Shown: in pieces, positions 7,482 to 17,501 of the stretch
Layout: every line of letters starts with the position of its first letter
How positions within the stretch are numbered: the stretch's first letter is position 1
IMG/VR virus record: IMGVR_UViG_3300042691_010651
Length of the DNA: 64,000 nt
Direction: 5' to 3' (one strand)
Source: a virus
Taxonomy: Duplodnaviria > Heunggongvirae > Uroviricota > Caudoviricetes
Made by a program: the position numbers and the translations under genes
The notes under the pieces: model-generated
The model's database searches: none
Told to the model about the DNA's origin: nothing
Seen by the model: only the letters and a program-made list of their open reading frames with translations

Positions 7482-8024
7482 ATGAGCAGAAGATTAGATC
7501 AATATAGATTTTTTTTAGGTTGTGCAACTATAGATCATGTAAACAACAAGTATAGAGAATTAGTTAAATATCATCATCCTGATAAACCTACAGGATCACA
7601 TGAAAGTTTTGTAGCATTGAAAAATGAATATGATTTTATAACAGAAAGTTCTCTTATTAAATTTCCAATTAGTAATGTATTAAATACAACACAAGCACAA
7701 CAATTTGTTGCTCAATATCCTAAAACTCCACAAGAAGCATATAAAAAAGAAACAGTAACAAACTTATCACCAGATGAAATTGAACGTAAGAAAGCTATTA
7801 ATCACTTTAATAATCTTAGAGCTACTGATATTACTTTTAATTATATAGATGATATAATTAAAAAGTCTAAAGATAACAATCTTAGTAAGTTGTGGATATA
7901 TGGTGAAATACAAAAGAAGTGGGATTTAAATCTTGATCATTTCAAATATGTAACCTTCAAACTAGGAGATAAAGTTCATGTAGCTAAAGAGTTGTTTAGA
8001 AAGTATCAATTGATAAATGTATGA
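7482..8024 (+). CDS. J-domain (DnaJ-like co-chaperone) protein
   Basis: N-terminus QYRFFLGCATIDHVNNKYRELVKYHHPDKPTGSHESFVALKNEYDFI carries the HPD tripeptide and flanking J-domain helices. Confidence 0.7.
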   Translation: MSRRLDQYRFFLGCATIDHVNNKYRELVKYHHPDKPTGSHESFVALKNEYDFITESSLIKFPISNVLNTTQAQQFVAQYPKTPQEAYKKETVTNLSPDEIERKKAINHFNNLRATDITFNYIDDIIKKSKDNNLSKLWIYGEIQKKWDLNLDHFKYVTFKLGDKVHVAKELFRKYQLINV

Positions 8025-8203
8025 GTAAAATAACTTATAAAAGAGAATATTTAGATAAGTTATCATTACAAATGATAAAAGAAGCTAAAGATATAGACTT
8101 TGAATTTGGAGATAAAAAGTATATACTAGATATAAAAGAATATACAGAACATATGAAATTTACAAGACCTGATTTATTTGAATATGAAAAACAAGAAAGA
8201 TAA
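8021..8203 (+). CDS. hypothetical small protein (60 aa)
   Basis: ATG overlapping the previous stop (ATGA). Confidence 0.4.
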   Translation: MSKITYKREYLDKLSLQMIKEAKDIDFEFGDKKYILDIKEYTEHMKFTRPDLFEYEKQER

Positions 8204-8429
8204 TAGTTTTGAAGAAAGTAGAAGAGTGTGGAAAAGTAGTGGATTTATTAAATTTAAAAATAATTTACATTTAAATTACTTTAGAAGTTGGTATAAGTAT
8301 ATAGAAGAAACTTCTAGAAAAAATTTTAATTTTCAAGTTATTGAAGGTATTTTAGCTGGAAGTAGAAATTCAAAAGGTAGAGGTATATTAGATGGTTTAA
8401 AAAATGACACAACAAGAAAAACTAGATAA
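8184..8429 (+). CDS. hypothetical basic small protein (first ATG; the track start at 8178 is a TTG)
   Basis: MKNKKDNSFEESRRVWKSSG... Confidence 0.4.
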   Translation: MKNKKDNSFEESRRVWKSSGFIKFKNNLHLNYFRSWYKYIEETSRKNFNFQVIEGILAGSRNSKGRGILDGLKNDTTRKTR

Positions 8430-8649
8430 ATTTAAAACATTGTATAAACCTAAAGAAGGATATACTATGTTATTATCTTTATTTAGCAATGAACAAATAT
8501 TTAATTGTTGGATATTTAAGAAAGTAGAAATAGTAAATAAGAAAGGTATTAGAGATACAGCAGAAACTCACATTGATTCAATTAGAAACAAAGATATTCA
8601 AGAGTTTATTAAACAATTAGATAACTATATAGAAAAGAAAAGTATATGA
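8404..8649 (+). CDS. hypothetical small protein (81 aa)
   Basis: ATG start overlapping its neighbours. Confidence 0.45.
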   Translation: MTQQEKLDKFKTLYKPKEGYTMLLSLFSNEQIFNCWIFKKVEIVNKKGIRDTAETHIDSIRNKDIQEFIKQLDNYIEKKSI

Positions 8650-8867
8650 CAACAAAATATAAATTAATTAAGTTCTTTGGAGGAACTTATAAAGAAGGAG
8701 AAAATACATGGTGGTATGATGGTGAAATAAGAGGTTTTATAGCTACTATTAAATTTGAATGTTATAAAAAGATTATGCATTTATATTATAGTATATTATA
8801 TAGAATAGTTTTAACTGAAATATATATTAAAGATTTAATTAAAGGAATACAATATGACAAAAGATGA
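8646..8867 (+). CDS. hypothetical small protein (73 aa)
   Basis: ATG start with ATGA overlap. Confidence 0.4.
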   Translation: MTTKYKLIKFFGGTYKEGENTWWYDGEIRGFIATIKFECYKKIMHLYYSILYRIVLTEIYIKDLIKGIQYDKR

Positions 8868-9153
8868 ATTTTATGACTCCGTAGATTTTGGTACTACTCA
8901 ATATGAGACATTTGAGCAGTATATAATTAGAGTAGGTGAACATATTAAAGACTATAAGATACGATTTGGAATACCTTCTAGTGGATTACAAAAAGTTATT
9001 ATAGACATATTTAAAACTTCTTTATTAAATAAAGTAGAAGTTAAAACTGGACAAATTGATAGTAGAAAGTATGATTTAATTATCAATAAATTAAAAGAAG
9101 AATTAAATAAAGAATTAACTAAAGAATTATATGGCAAAGAAATCTCCAAGTAA
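8854..9153 (+). CDS. hypothetical protein (99 aa)
   Basis: ATG start. Confidence 0.5.
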   Translation: MTKDEFYDSVDFGTTQYETFEQYIIRVGEHIKDYKIRFGIPSSGLQKVIIDIFKTSLLNKVEVKTGQIDSRKYDLIINKLKEELNKELTKELYGKEISK

Positions 9154-9496
9154 ACTAGAAATACTTGAAACAGAAAAAGCTCTTACTGGTAAGCAAGATT
9201 GGGAAATTGATGCTGGTAAAATGACTGAAAAAGAAAAACGTAAATGGTATCAGAATCATGTAGAGACTACTCAAAAAGGTAATCCTAACATGAGAGGTAA
9301 GACAAAAAAAGTTTATAGATTTGCACCTCCTACTAAAGCTCAAGAAGAGATGATGAAATATCTTGATCATTATGGTAATCCACTTCCAGGATATAAGTGG
9401 GATGGAAACAAAATTACTATTGATGTAGATTATAGAGAAAAAGTTGATAACAACAGAGTATTTAGTTATGTTAAATCTGAAAATAGAGCGTTATGA
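9131..9496 (+). CDS. hypothetical basic protein (121 aa)
   Basis: ATG start. Confidence 0.5.
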   Translation: MAKKSPSKLEILETEKALTGKQDWEIDAGKMTEKEKRKWYQNHVETTQKGNPNMRGKTKKVYRFAPPTKAQEEMMKYLDHYGNPLPGYKWDGNKITIDVDYREKVDNNRVFSYVKSENRAL

Positions 9497-10083
9497 GTAA
9501 AAAGAAAAGAACAGAGATAGAAATTCTTGAAGATAGAAAAATTATCTTAGAAAAAATTCAAGTAGAAAAAGATACTACTAATTTTAATAAACAAATTGAA
9601 GAAGAGCAAAAATTAAAAGATAAGTTACCTATTGACAAATTAATTGATATAGCTACTAAACAAGGATTGTTAGAAGATTTAACTCCTGATCAAAAGTTTG
9701 CAAGATTTGTAAAAGGTATTAAACTACATGATATAGTTAAAGATTGTATGCAATCTTCATTAAATGAATATGCTAAACAATATAATAAAATTAATCCTAC
9801 AGACAATTTACAACTTAAATTGATATTAAGAAATAATAAGAATCCAAGAAAAGGTGAAAGCTTTGCAGCAGATTTATTGTTAGAAGTAAGAAGAGGTGAT
9901 ACTTACAAAATAATGATTAAGAAAAGTGTAGGTTTTACTCATATAAGAGATGTAAGAGATGAAGCTGCATGGAAGTATGCTCTATATGGAAATATGTATA
10001 ATGAACTAATTACTCTATCTTTAAACCATTTACTCCTTACCGATGATGTTAACTCAGGAAGAATTAAATCAACAATTTCCTAG
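9493..10083 (+). CDS. hypothetical protein (196 aa)
   Basis: ATG start with ATGA overlap. Confidence 0.55.
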   Translation: MSKKKRTEIEILEDRKIILEKIQVEKDTTNFNKQIEEEQKLKDKLPIDKLIDIATKQGLLEDLTPDQKFARFVKGIKLHDIVKDCMQSSLNEYAKQYNKINPTDNLQLKLILRNNKNPRKGESFAADLLLEVRRGDTYKIMIKKSVGFTHIRDVRDEAAWKYALYGNMYNELITLSLNHLLLTDDVNSGRIKSTIS

Positions 10084-10327
10084 TGATCCACTACCTGATA
10101 CTAGATATTCTGTAGCTTGGTATCATTTAGAACTTAGAGAATTTGTAATAGTGTATGATAAACTATCTAGAAAAATAGTTTATAAAAGTAACAGTTCTAT
10201 AATAATAGATGTAGATGGTAAAAGTTTAAGTAGGAAAAGACAGTATCATCACATTAAAAAATTCTATGGACAAAATAATTGTGACCCCCCAAAACAAGTA
10301 AATCCTTCTATTTTTGAAGGTTTTTGA
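10043..10327 (+). CDS. hypothetical protein (94 aa), last gene before a strong terminator
   Basis: ATG start (tandem ATG ATG). Confidence 0.5.
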   Translation: MMLTQEELNQQFPSDPLPDTRYSVAWYHLELREFVIVYDKLSRKIVYKSNSSIIIDVDGKSLSRKRQYHHIKKFYGQNNCDPPKQVNPSIFEGF

Positions 10328-10349
10328 AACGTAATTACTTAATAAACAA

Positions 10350-10376
10350 GGAGCTAGAGATAGCTCCTTTTTTTAT
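10350..10376 (+). terminator. rho-independent terminator closing the early-gene run
   Basis: GGAGCTA-GAGA-TAGCTCC 7-bp stem, followed by TTTTTTT, 23 nt after the stop at 10327. Confidence 0.8.
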
Positions 10377-10402
10377 TTATAAATAAGTTCTAAATTTGAA
10401 AG

Positions 10403-10582
10403 ATGCCTACAGTTTCACATTATGTTGAATACTATTATGAAGTTTTGTCTTTATTAGACTTAGCTAAAAAAGTATATACATATATTAAACTGGATTATAA
10501 AACTGATGTTTATATAGTTGAAATAGAAAGAGAATTATTTTATAAAGTCAATATTGAACTAATAAAGTATGCCAATAAGTAA
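10403..10582 (+). CDS. possible 59-aa ORF directly after a TAAATTTG -7-like box
   Basis: ATG ORF overlapping the next gene by 14 nt. It could instead be an untranslated leader. Confidence 0.2.
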   Translation: MPTVSHYVEYYYEVLSLLDLAKKVYTYIKLDYKTDVYIVEIERELFYKVNIELIKYANK

Positions 10583-10832
10583 TGTATTAGATTACAAGAA
10601 GAATAATGAACGAGATAAGAACTTCTGTAATGAACAGTTATATGAAGAAGTATCAGAAGAACTAAGATTAGATATTGAGTTAGTAAAAGAAGTAGTAGGT
10701 TCAAATAGTAAATTTGCAAAATCTGTAATTGAAGCAGGAGCACTTGAAAGTTTTATATTACCTTATTTAGGTAAATTAAAATCTAAACCAAGATCATTGC
10801 AAAAAGCTATGGGTAAAATAAAAAGAGGGTAA
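10569..10832 (+). CDS. hypothetical protein (87 aa)
   Basis: ATG start. Confidence 0.5.
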   Translation: MPISNVLDYKKNNERDKNFCNEQLYEEVSEELRLDIELVKEVVGSNSKFAKSVIEAGALESFILPYLGKLKSKPRSLQKAMGKIKRG

Positions 10833-11572
10833 TGGCAGCAAGTATAATAAGATTTTTTGAACTTAATAAATATAGAGTAGTTGATCTAGATAAAGAGTGG
10901 ATTAGTACTATAAAAGAATTTAAAAAGATACTAACTAGAGATAAAGGTTCTAAAGGAGATATAGATGGAAGAAAGAAACTACAGGCGACTCGTGAGTTTA
11001 CTTTTATTTATCATTATTGTGATTATGCTAGTAAGTTTAGCAACTATTCAGAGGATGATAAATTAAAAGCATGTCAACTCAATGCTGATCTACCAGATGA
11101 TTTTGACTATACTAAAGATGAAGATATAGTAGCTGCTGTTAAAAAGTATAGAGACTTACAAGAAACTCCAGCATTAAAAATGTTAGCAGAAGCTAGAGAA
11201 GGATTACATTCTGCTCATAAAGTTATTCGTAAGATTAGATACTATTTAGAAGAAGAATTAGCTAATTTAGATTTTAGTAATATAATTGAAGAAGATGAAG
11301 AAGAGGGTAAGAATAAAAAGAAGAAAGTTGATCCTGTAACTAAACTAACTGTTAGTTTACAAAATTTAATGAAGTTAACTAATGAAGTTGCTCCAGCATT
11401 AAAGACTATTAAAGAGTTAGAAGAAGAAGTTAAACTTGAACTTGGAGAGAAGAAAGGTTTGAGAGGAGATAGACAAAAAGGACACAGAGAAGAAGCTGTT
11501 GAAAGACCAACTAGAGAAGTAGAAGATACTAGTACTGGTACAGCAGGTATATTTGATGATATAATAGGTTAA
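10832..11572 (+). CDS. acidic coiled-coil protein; possible small terminase subunit, judged by position only
   Basis: 246 aa, located directly upstream of the TerL candidate. No diagnostic motif. Confidence 0.35.
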   Translation: MAASIIRFFELNKYRVVDLDKEWISTIKEFKKILTRDKGSKGDIDGRKKLQATREFTFIYHYCDYASKFSNYSEDDKLKACQLNADLPDDFDYTKDEDIVAAVKKYRDLQETPALKMLAEAREGLHSAHKVIRKIRYYLEEELANLDFSNIIEEDEEEGKNKKKKVDPVTKLTVSLQNLMKLTNEVAPALKTIKELEEEVKLELGEKKGLRGDRQKGHREEAVERPTREVEDTSTGTAGIFDDIIG

Positions 11573-11573
11573 A

Positions 11574-13748
11574 ATGACTAGTCAATTATCTCACCATTTT
11601 GTGAACACGCGTTACTTTCGTGAAGCAGCTATTGCTTATAAAAAGAATGGTGGTAGATATACTCTTGCACCTATTGAAAGTAAAGAATGGTATGAGTTTT
11701 GGGAAGAACAAGAAAGAAGATGTTTATATGGTTATAAAGTAGGTGGAGTTAAAGTAACTGGTAGACATTACTTCTATATGAATTTTACGCAGTTGCGTAA
11801 GATAGATGAAAAGAATAAAGGCAAAAAAGTATCATATAAAGATTGGGATTTTCCATCTTTCTTTGAAATAGATTATGACTGGTTCTGGTATAAAGAAATT
11901 GCATGGCATGGTTGTAATAAAGCAGTTTTAGATAAGTTAAAGTTATGGAGAAATCCTTCTCCAAATGTTGATCCTATTACAAAGAAAGTATTGGATGAAT
12001 ATGGAGGTGCAATGCATTTAGGTTGTTTAAAAACACGTAGAGCTGGATTTTCTTTTAAAGAAGGAGCTGATGGAGTGTATAACTATAACTTTATTCCAGG
12101 ATCAAAAAGTTACTACTTTGCAGCAATAGAACAATATCTTACTACTGACGGTATTCTTAATAAAGTAGAATATAATCTAGAGTTTCTTAATCAAAATACT
12201 GATGGTTGGTGGTTAAAAAATAGGATGCAGAAGTCTACACTTATGCATCAAAAAGCTTCTTTTATAGATGATGAAAAACAAGTAAAAGGTTTTTTATCTG
12301 AGATAATAGGAGTTATTATTAATGATCCTGATAAAGTTCGTGGTAAAGAAGGTATTAAGATAGTATATGAAGAAGCAGGAAGCTTTAAAGATTTAAAAAG
12401 AGCTCTTGCTATATCTGTTCCATCTGTATCAGAAGGTGCTACACTTACTGGACAAATTTCTGTATTTGGTACAGGTGGTGAAGAAAAAGGAGTTGATATA
12501 AATGGACTAGAAGAAATTTTTAATAATCCTAGAACGCATAGGATGCTTGCTTTTGAGAACGATTGGGAAGAAGGATATGAAGGAAGTGAATGTGGAGTAT
12601 TTATTCCATGTTATATGGCTAATGGTAGCTTTATGGACAATGATGGTAATGTAAATAAAGAGAAAGCTATTGCATTTGAAGATGAACAAAGAGAGTTAAA
12701 GAGACAATCAAAAGATCCTAGAGATTATGATCTTCGTATAGCAGAGAATCCTAAAGTTCCTAGTGAAGCACTTCTTAGAATTACAACTACTGATTTTCCA
12801 CAAGCTGAAATTCTACTACAGACCAATCGTGTCTTACGAAGCAAAGAGATACAGGGATTATTACTACATGGTGAAATCAAAAACAATCCAGGGAAAGGCT
12901 TAGAATTTTTTGTAAAAGAAAATGCTAAACCAGTTATTAATTATCCACATAAAGATAGTGATGATATAAGAGGATGTATTACTATGGTTGAAAGACCATT
13001 GACTGCAAAGATATATAAAAATAATAAAGTCATTACAGCTATACCTGATGATGTATATATTGTAGTAGTTGACCCTTATTATAAAGATGAACCTAAAGGA
13101 AAACAATCTACAATATCTTTAGGTGCTGTATATGTAGTTAAACAAACTAGTATATACTTCAATAATAAGACTGAACAAGATGTTGCTTGGTTTGTAGGTA
13201 GACCGGGAAGAACTAATGAGTTACATGAGATTATAATGAATCTTGCAGAGTTCTATAATGCAAAAATACAATGTGAAATAGCTGGAGGTGGACAAGGTTT
13301 AATTGATTATGCAAGAGAGCGTAAAAAGCAAGGAAGATTAATGTTTGAACCAATTTACATAAATGAAAAAGAAGTTGAAAAGATTTCTAAAAACAGAAGT
13401 TTCTTTCTTGACCTTGATACTGATAAGAAACGTGAAGGAATACAATATTTGTCAGATTACTTAAAAAAGGTAGTAGGTTTAGATGAAAATGGTCATGAAA
13501 TTTGGAATTTACACTATATTTACGACTTAGGTTATTTACAAGAATTAAAAAGCTTTAATGCAGATGGTAACTTTGATAGAATATCTGCTCAAATAGTTAA
13601 AATGTTTACATTGAAAGAACGTATTCAAGAGAAAGCAAAGAAGAAAGAAAAGAAGCCTAATACTGGAATATTTGGAAAACGACCATTATTTCAAGATAGC
13701 AATAAAAGTGGACAAGATAAGTTTTTAATGTTGAACGATTTAATGTAA
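11574..13748 (+). CDS. terL: terminase large subunit (candidate)
   Basis: 724 aa. The C-terminal region has RNase-H-like nuclease-domain motifs (VVVDPYYKDEPKGKQSTISLGAVYVV ... YNAKIQCEIAGGGQG). It sits immediately upstream of the portal-sized gene. Confidence 0.55.
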   Translation: MTSQLSHHFVNTRYFREAAIAYKKNGGRYTLAPIESKEWYEFWEEQERRCLYGYKVGGVKVTGRHYFYMNFTQLRKIDEKNKGKKVSYKDWDFPSFFEIDYDWFWYKEIAWHGCNKAVLDKLKLWRNPSPNVDPITKKVLDEYGGAMHLGCLKTRRAGFSFKEGADGVYNYNFIPGSKSYYFAAIEQYLTTDGILNKVEYNLEFLNQNTDGWWLKNRMQKSTLMHQKASFIDDEKQVKGFLSEIIGVIINDPDKVRGKEGIKIVYEEAGSFKDLKRALAISVPSVSEGATLTGQISVFGTGGEEKGVDINGLEEIFNNPRTHRMLAFENDWEEGYEGSECGVFIPCYMANGSFMDNDGNVNKEKAIAFEDEQRELKRQSKDPRDYDLRIAENPKVPSEALLRITTTDFPQAEILLQTNRVLRSKEIQGLLLHGEIKNNPGKGLEFFVKENAKPVINYPHKDSDDIRGCITMVERPLTAKIYKNNKVITAIPDDVYIVVVDPYYKDEPKGKQSTISLGAVYVVKQTSIYFNNKTEQDVAWFVGRPGRTNELHEIIMNLAEFYNAKIQCEIAGGGQGLIDYARERKKQGRLMFEPIYINEKEVEKISKNRSFFLDLDTDKKREGIQYLSDYLKKVVGLDENGHEIWNLHYIYDLGYLQELKSFNADGNFDRISAQIVKMFTLKERIQEKAKKKEKKPNTGIFGKRPLFQDSNKSGQDKFLMLNDLM

Positions 13749-13752
13749 AAAT

Positions 13753-16134
13753 ATGCAAGATAAATCAAGTAATACTAAACCTGATACTGGAGGTTTAAAA
13801 CCTTTACAATCTATTCCATATAGTGAAAAAACAGAAACTTGGAGAAAACAGAATATAGAATATTATATACAAAGTTCTATATATAAAGCAGTTCAAAGTA
13901 CATTACCTAGTGATAAGAAAACATCTGCAAATAATATGCAGTTGTGGTTTAACATCTACAACAACAAAATAAATGAGGAAGATTTTAATTATGTAACTAA
14001 TCCATTAAATACAAAGAATGAGTTATATAAAAACTTCCCTGCAAGAATAAGATCATATAATATTCTTAGACCTACAATTGATTTACTTATAGGAGAGTGG
14101 TCAAAACGTCCTTTTAAATTTGATGTACTTAATCTAGATGGAGATGGAGTAATTAATAGTTTCAATGATACTAAGTTTGAAACTTATAAGAAGAATGTAA
14201 CTCAAAGAGTTGTTAATACTATTAAACAAAGTCAAGGAGAACAAGTAGAAGAAATTCCTAATCCTAAGACTATTATAGAAGATATTAATAGTAACTATAA
14301 AGATATTAAAGCAGTTAAAGGATATAAAGCAGTAAAGAATTTAGAATTTGAACTTAAACTAAAAGAGAAGTTTAAAGATCAATTTAAAACTTGGTGTATA
14401 GCTGGAACTACATCATCTTTAAAGTATGTTAAAAGATCAGACATAGAATATGAAAAGTTATCACCTCTTTGGATAGATATAGATAAATCTCCACAAGTTA
14501 AAAACTTTGAAGATGGTAGTTATGCTACTGTTAAGTTTAGAGTTACTGTAGCAGATTTAGTTGATATGTTTTATGATAGTCTTAAAGATAAAGATTTAAA
14601 GAATTTAGAAAAGAATGAGAGCTTTCATAAAACAGCTATGTATGCTCATTATACTAACATAGCTAATAACAATGATACTAACGCAAATCGCTTCAACAAA
14701 GTAGATTTATATTATGTAACATGGAAAAGTAGAAAGAAAATAGGTTTCTTAAATTATATTGATCCCTTTACTGGAGAAGAACAACTTGAACAAGTAGATG
14801 AAAATTATCCTGTAGATAAAGATGCTGGTGAAACAGTAGATTGGGTTTGGGTAAATGAAGTTTGGGAAGGATGGAGAATCAATGATGATATATATCTTGA
14901 TATACAACCTGTAGCAGTACAACGTAATGAGATGAACAACTTCTCTAGTTGTAAATTACCTATAAATGGAAGAAACTTTTCTGATATGGAATCAGAAAAT
15001 GTATCTATTCTATCTTTAGGTATTCCTTATCAAATGATGTACATTATAATTAACTATAGAATAGAATTAACTATAGCTAAATCTAAAGGTAAGATTCTTA
15101 TCTACGATAAAAATACAATATCTGATGATGAAGAAGAACAAGATAATGTATTCTACTATGCAGAAACATTAGGTTATTTAGGTTTAGATAGGGCAGCAGA
15201 TGACGTAGATAGAACTTGGACAGGATATTCTGTACAAGACATGTCACTCTTTGAACATATAAATCAACTTATAGGTATTGCTCAATTCTATAAAGATAGT
15301 TGGGAAGAGTTAATGGGTATATCTCGTCAAAGAAAAGGAGATGTATCTGCATCTGATGGACTAGGAGCAAGTCAAGAAGCTATATTTAGAAGTTCTGTTA
15401 TATCAGATATTATATTCAGCACATTTGATGAGTGGGTTGAAAGTGAGTTACAAGGCTTACTTGATTTAAGTAAATTTGCTTGGATAGATGGTAAAAAAGG
15501 ATATTATAGAAATGATGATGGTAGAGCAGAGTTGTTTAACATTGATCCAGAAGATTACGCTAATAGTGAATATGGTGTATTTATGGATTTTACAGGTAGA
15601 ACAGCTAGTAAATTACAGTTGTTACAAAATCAAATAAATGCTGTAGCACAAAGAAAAGAAGTAAAGTTAAGTACTATAGCTGATATGATATATACAGATA
15701 GCTATGCAGAACTTAGAAACAAATTAAAAGAAGCAGAAGCTATTGAAGCAGAAATACAAAAGATTACTGCAAAGAATCAACAAGAAGCAGAGGCAGCAGC
15801 AGATGCTAGAAAGAAAGACTATATGATGTATGAGAACATGCTTCAAATAGAAAAGCAAGAAAGAGATTGGGATAGAAAAGATAATAACGAATATATCAAA
15901 GGTGAAATTGCTGGAAGAACAGCAGCTAATTCAGTTGATATAGATATGGGAGTAATTGAGGCTGAATCTAATAAGAGATTAGAGCGTCTTGAGAAAAGTA
16001 GCATCGAAAGAAGAAAGCTTCAACTCCAAGAAATGAAACTAAAACAAGATGATAAACATGCCAAAATGAAAGACGAAACTGAACAAAAGAAAATTGCAGC
16101 TTCCTTAAAGAACAAAGTATCAGGAGAAAAATAA
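13753..16134 (+). CDS. portal protein (candidate) with a C-terminal coiled-coil tail
   Basis: 793 aa in the order TerL-portal-scaffold-capsid. No motif-level confirmation is possible by eye. Confidence 0.5.
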   Translation: MQDKSSNTKPDTGGLKPLQSIPYSEKTETWRKQNIEYYIQSSIYKAVQSTLPSDKKTSANNMQLWFNIYNNKINEEDFNYVTNPLNTKNELYKNFPARIRSYNILRPTIDLLIGEWSKRPFKFDVLNLDGDGVINSFNDTKFETYKKNVTQRVVNTIKQSQGEQVEEIPNPKTIIEDINSNYKDIKAVKGYKAVKNLEFELKLKEKFKDQFKTWCIAGTTSSLKYVKRSDIEYEKLSPLWIDIDKSPQVKNFEDGSYATVKFRVTVADLVDMFYDSLKDKDLKNLEKNESFHKTAMYAHYTNIANNNDTNANRFNKVDLYYVTWKSRKKIGFLNYIDPFTGEEQLEQVDENYPVDKDAGETVDWVWVNEVWEGWRINDDIYLDIQPVAVQRNEMNNFSSCKLPINGRNFSDMESENVSILSLGIPYQMMYIIINYRIELTIAKSKGKILIYDKNTISDDEEEQDNVFYYAETLGYLGLDRAADDVDRTWTGYSVQDMSLFEHINQLIGIAQFYKDSWEELMGISRQRKGDVSASDGLGASQEAIFRSSVISDIIFSTFDEWVESELQGLLDLSKFAWIDGKKGYYRNDDGRAELFNIDPEDYANSEYGVFMDFTGRTASKLQLLQNQINAVAQRKEVKLSTIADMIYTDSYAELRNKLKEAEAIEAEIQKITAKNQQEAEAAADARKKDYMMYENMLQIEKQERDWDRKDNNEYIKGEIAGRTAANSVDIDMGVIEAESNKRLERLEKSSIERRKLQLQEMKLKQDDKHAKMKDETEQKKIAASLKNKVSGEK

Positions 16135-16211
16135 GAAAGATTGCTATAAATGAAATAATAATTAATCGGTAAATTTTAACATAAATCTAAATTAAACTAA
16201 ATTTGAACAGT

Positions 16212-17465
16212 ATGAAAATCACAAGAAATTTAAGTCCAGATGGAGGAACAGGAGGAACAGCTCCAACAGGGTTAGAGAACTCATTGTTTGACACATTTGC
16301 ATCTTTTAAAGCACCAGAACCAGATGCAGCTAAAGCAGACGCAGCAGAAGCAGCTAAAGGAGGAGCAGATTCAGTATTAGCAGCAGAACAAGCTAAATTA
16401 GAAACTCTTTTAGCTAAAGATGTTGCATCATTAACAGCAGAAGAAAAAACTTCTTTAGAAGCATTAAAGTTAAAGTTCAATGTAGAAGAACTAAATGAAG
16501 ATGGTACTCCAGTAACTAAAGAGCAGAAAGATGCTATAGTTGCTACACAAGCTAAGTTAGCTGCAATTTTAGCAAAGAAAGAAGAAGATAGAACTCAAGA
16601 AGAAATTGATTTTCTTAATGAGAATACAGAAGAAGAACTTAGTCTATATGATCAAGTAGATGAAATTATAGGAAAGAAAGTAGAAATTGATTATGGTACT
16701 ATTGATCCTAAAAGTGCGCAAGGAATAGCTAAAAGAGAAGAATATATTAGAGATCAAGCAGCAAGAGAATATGATGAGGAAATCAAACAAGAATTTCCTA
16801 TTGCATATAATTTGATGTTACATCTTAAAGCTGGAGGAGATGTAAGAAGTTTCCTTGATGAAGGTGGAGATGAAGATTATCAAGCAGTATCTATAACAAA
16901 AGGAGATGTAAAAGCACAAGAAGCATTTTACAGAAAAGCATTAAGATTAAAAGGAAATGATGCAGATGAAGTAGATGCTCTTGTAACTTATGCTAAAGAT
17001 AAAGGTAAGTTATTTGAACGAAGCACAGCAGAATTAGAAGCTTTACAAGCAAAACAAGATAAAGATAATGAGCAAAAACAATTAGCAATAAAACAAGCAG
17101 AACAAAGAGATGTAAAATTAAGTAGCGCATTTTGGTCTGCCGTTGACACTTCTTTGACAAGCGGTATAAAAGGAGTAAATATACCAAAGACAGATCATAA
17201 AGAATTTAGAGAGTTTATTAAGAATAGCATCTTTAATCAAAATGGTAAGTTAGTATTTTTAAGAGAAATAAATGGAAATAACTTACAAGATGAATTAGCT
17301 GCAAGTTACTTTAGATTTAAGAAAGGTGATTTAGCAACAATTGCACAACGTAAAGCTGCTACTTTAAAAGCACAAGAGATTAAGAACAAAGTATTTAAAT
17401 ATAAAATTACACCAAAAAATTCACCTGACGCACCAAAAGGATTTGTAGGAATGAGTCAAATATAA
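16212..17465 (+). CDS. scaffolding protein (candidate): Ala/Glu/Lys-rich helical protein
   Basis: Composition, plus position between the portal and capsid candidates. The track start at 16203 is a TTG. ATG at 16212 sits right after a TAAATTTG box. Confidence 0.45.
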   Translation: MKITRNLSPDGGTGGTAPTGLENSLFDTFASFKAPEPDAAKADAAEAAKGGADSVLAAEQAKLETLLAKDVASLTAEEKTSLEALKLKFNVEELNEDGTPVTKEQKDAIVATQAKLAAILAKKEEDRTQEEIDFLNENTEEELSLYDQVDEIIGKKVEIDYGTIDPKSAQGIAKREEYIRDQAAREYDEEIKQEFPIAYNLMLHLKAGGDVRSFLDEGGDEDYQAVSITKGDVKAQEAFYRKALRLKGNDADEVDALVTYAKDKGKLFERSTAELEALQAKQDKDNEQKQLAIKQAEQRDVKLSSAFWSAVDTSLTSGIKGVNIPKTDHKEFREFIKNSIFNQNGKLVFLREINGNNLQDELAASYFRFKKGDLATIAQRKAATLKAQEIKNKVFKYKITPKNSPDAPKGFVGMSQI

Positions 17466-17501
17466 ACTAATAACAAATAACCAATAAACAATTAATAAAA
17501 A

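Noticed and set aside
11574-13748. A Walker-A call for TerL at LKTRRAGFS
   Set aside because: It resembles the terminase P-loop region only loosely. The TerL call therefore rests on the C-terminal nuclease motifs and on gene order, not on this segment.
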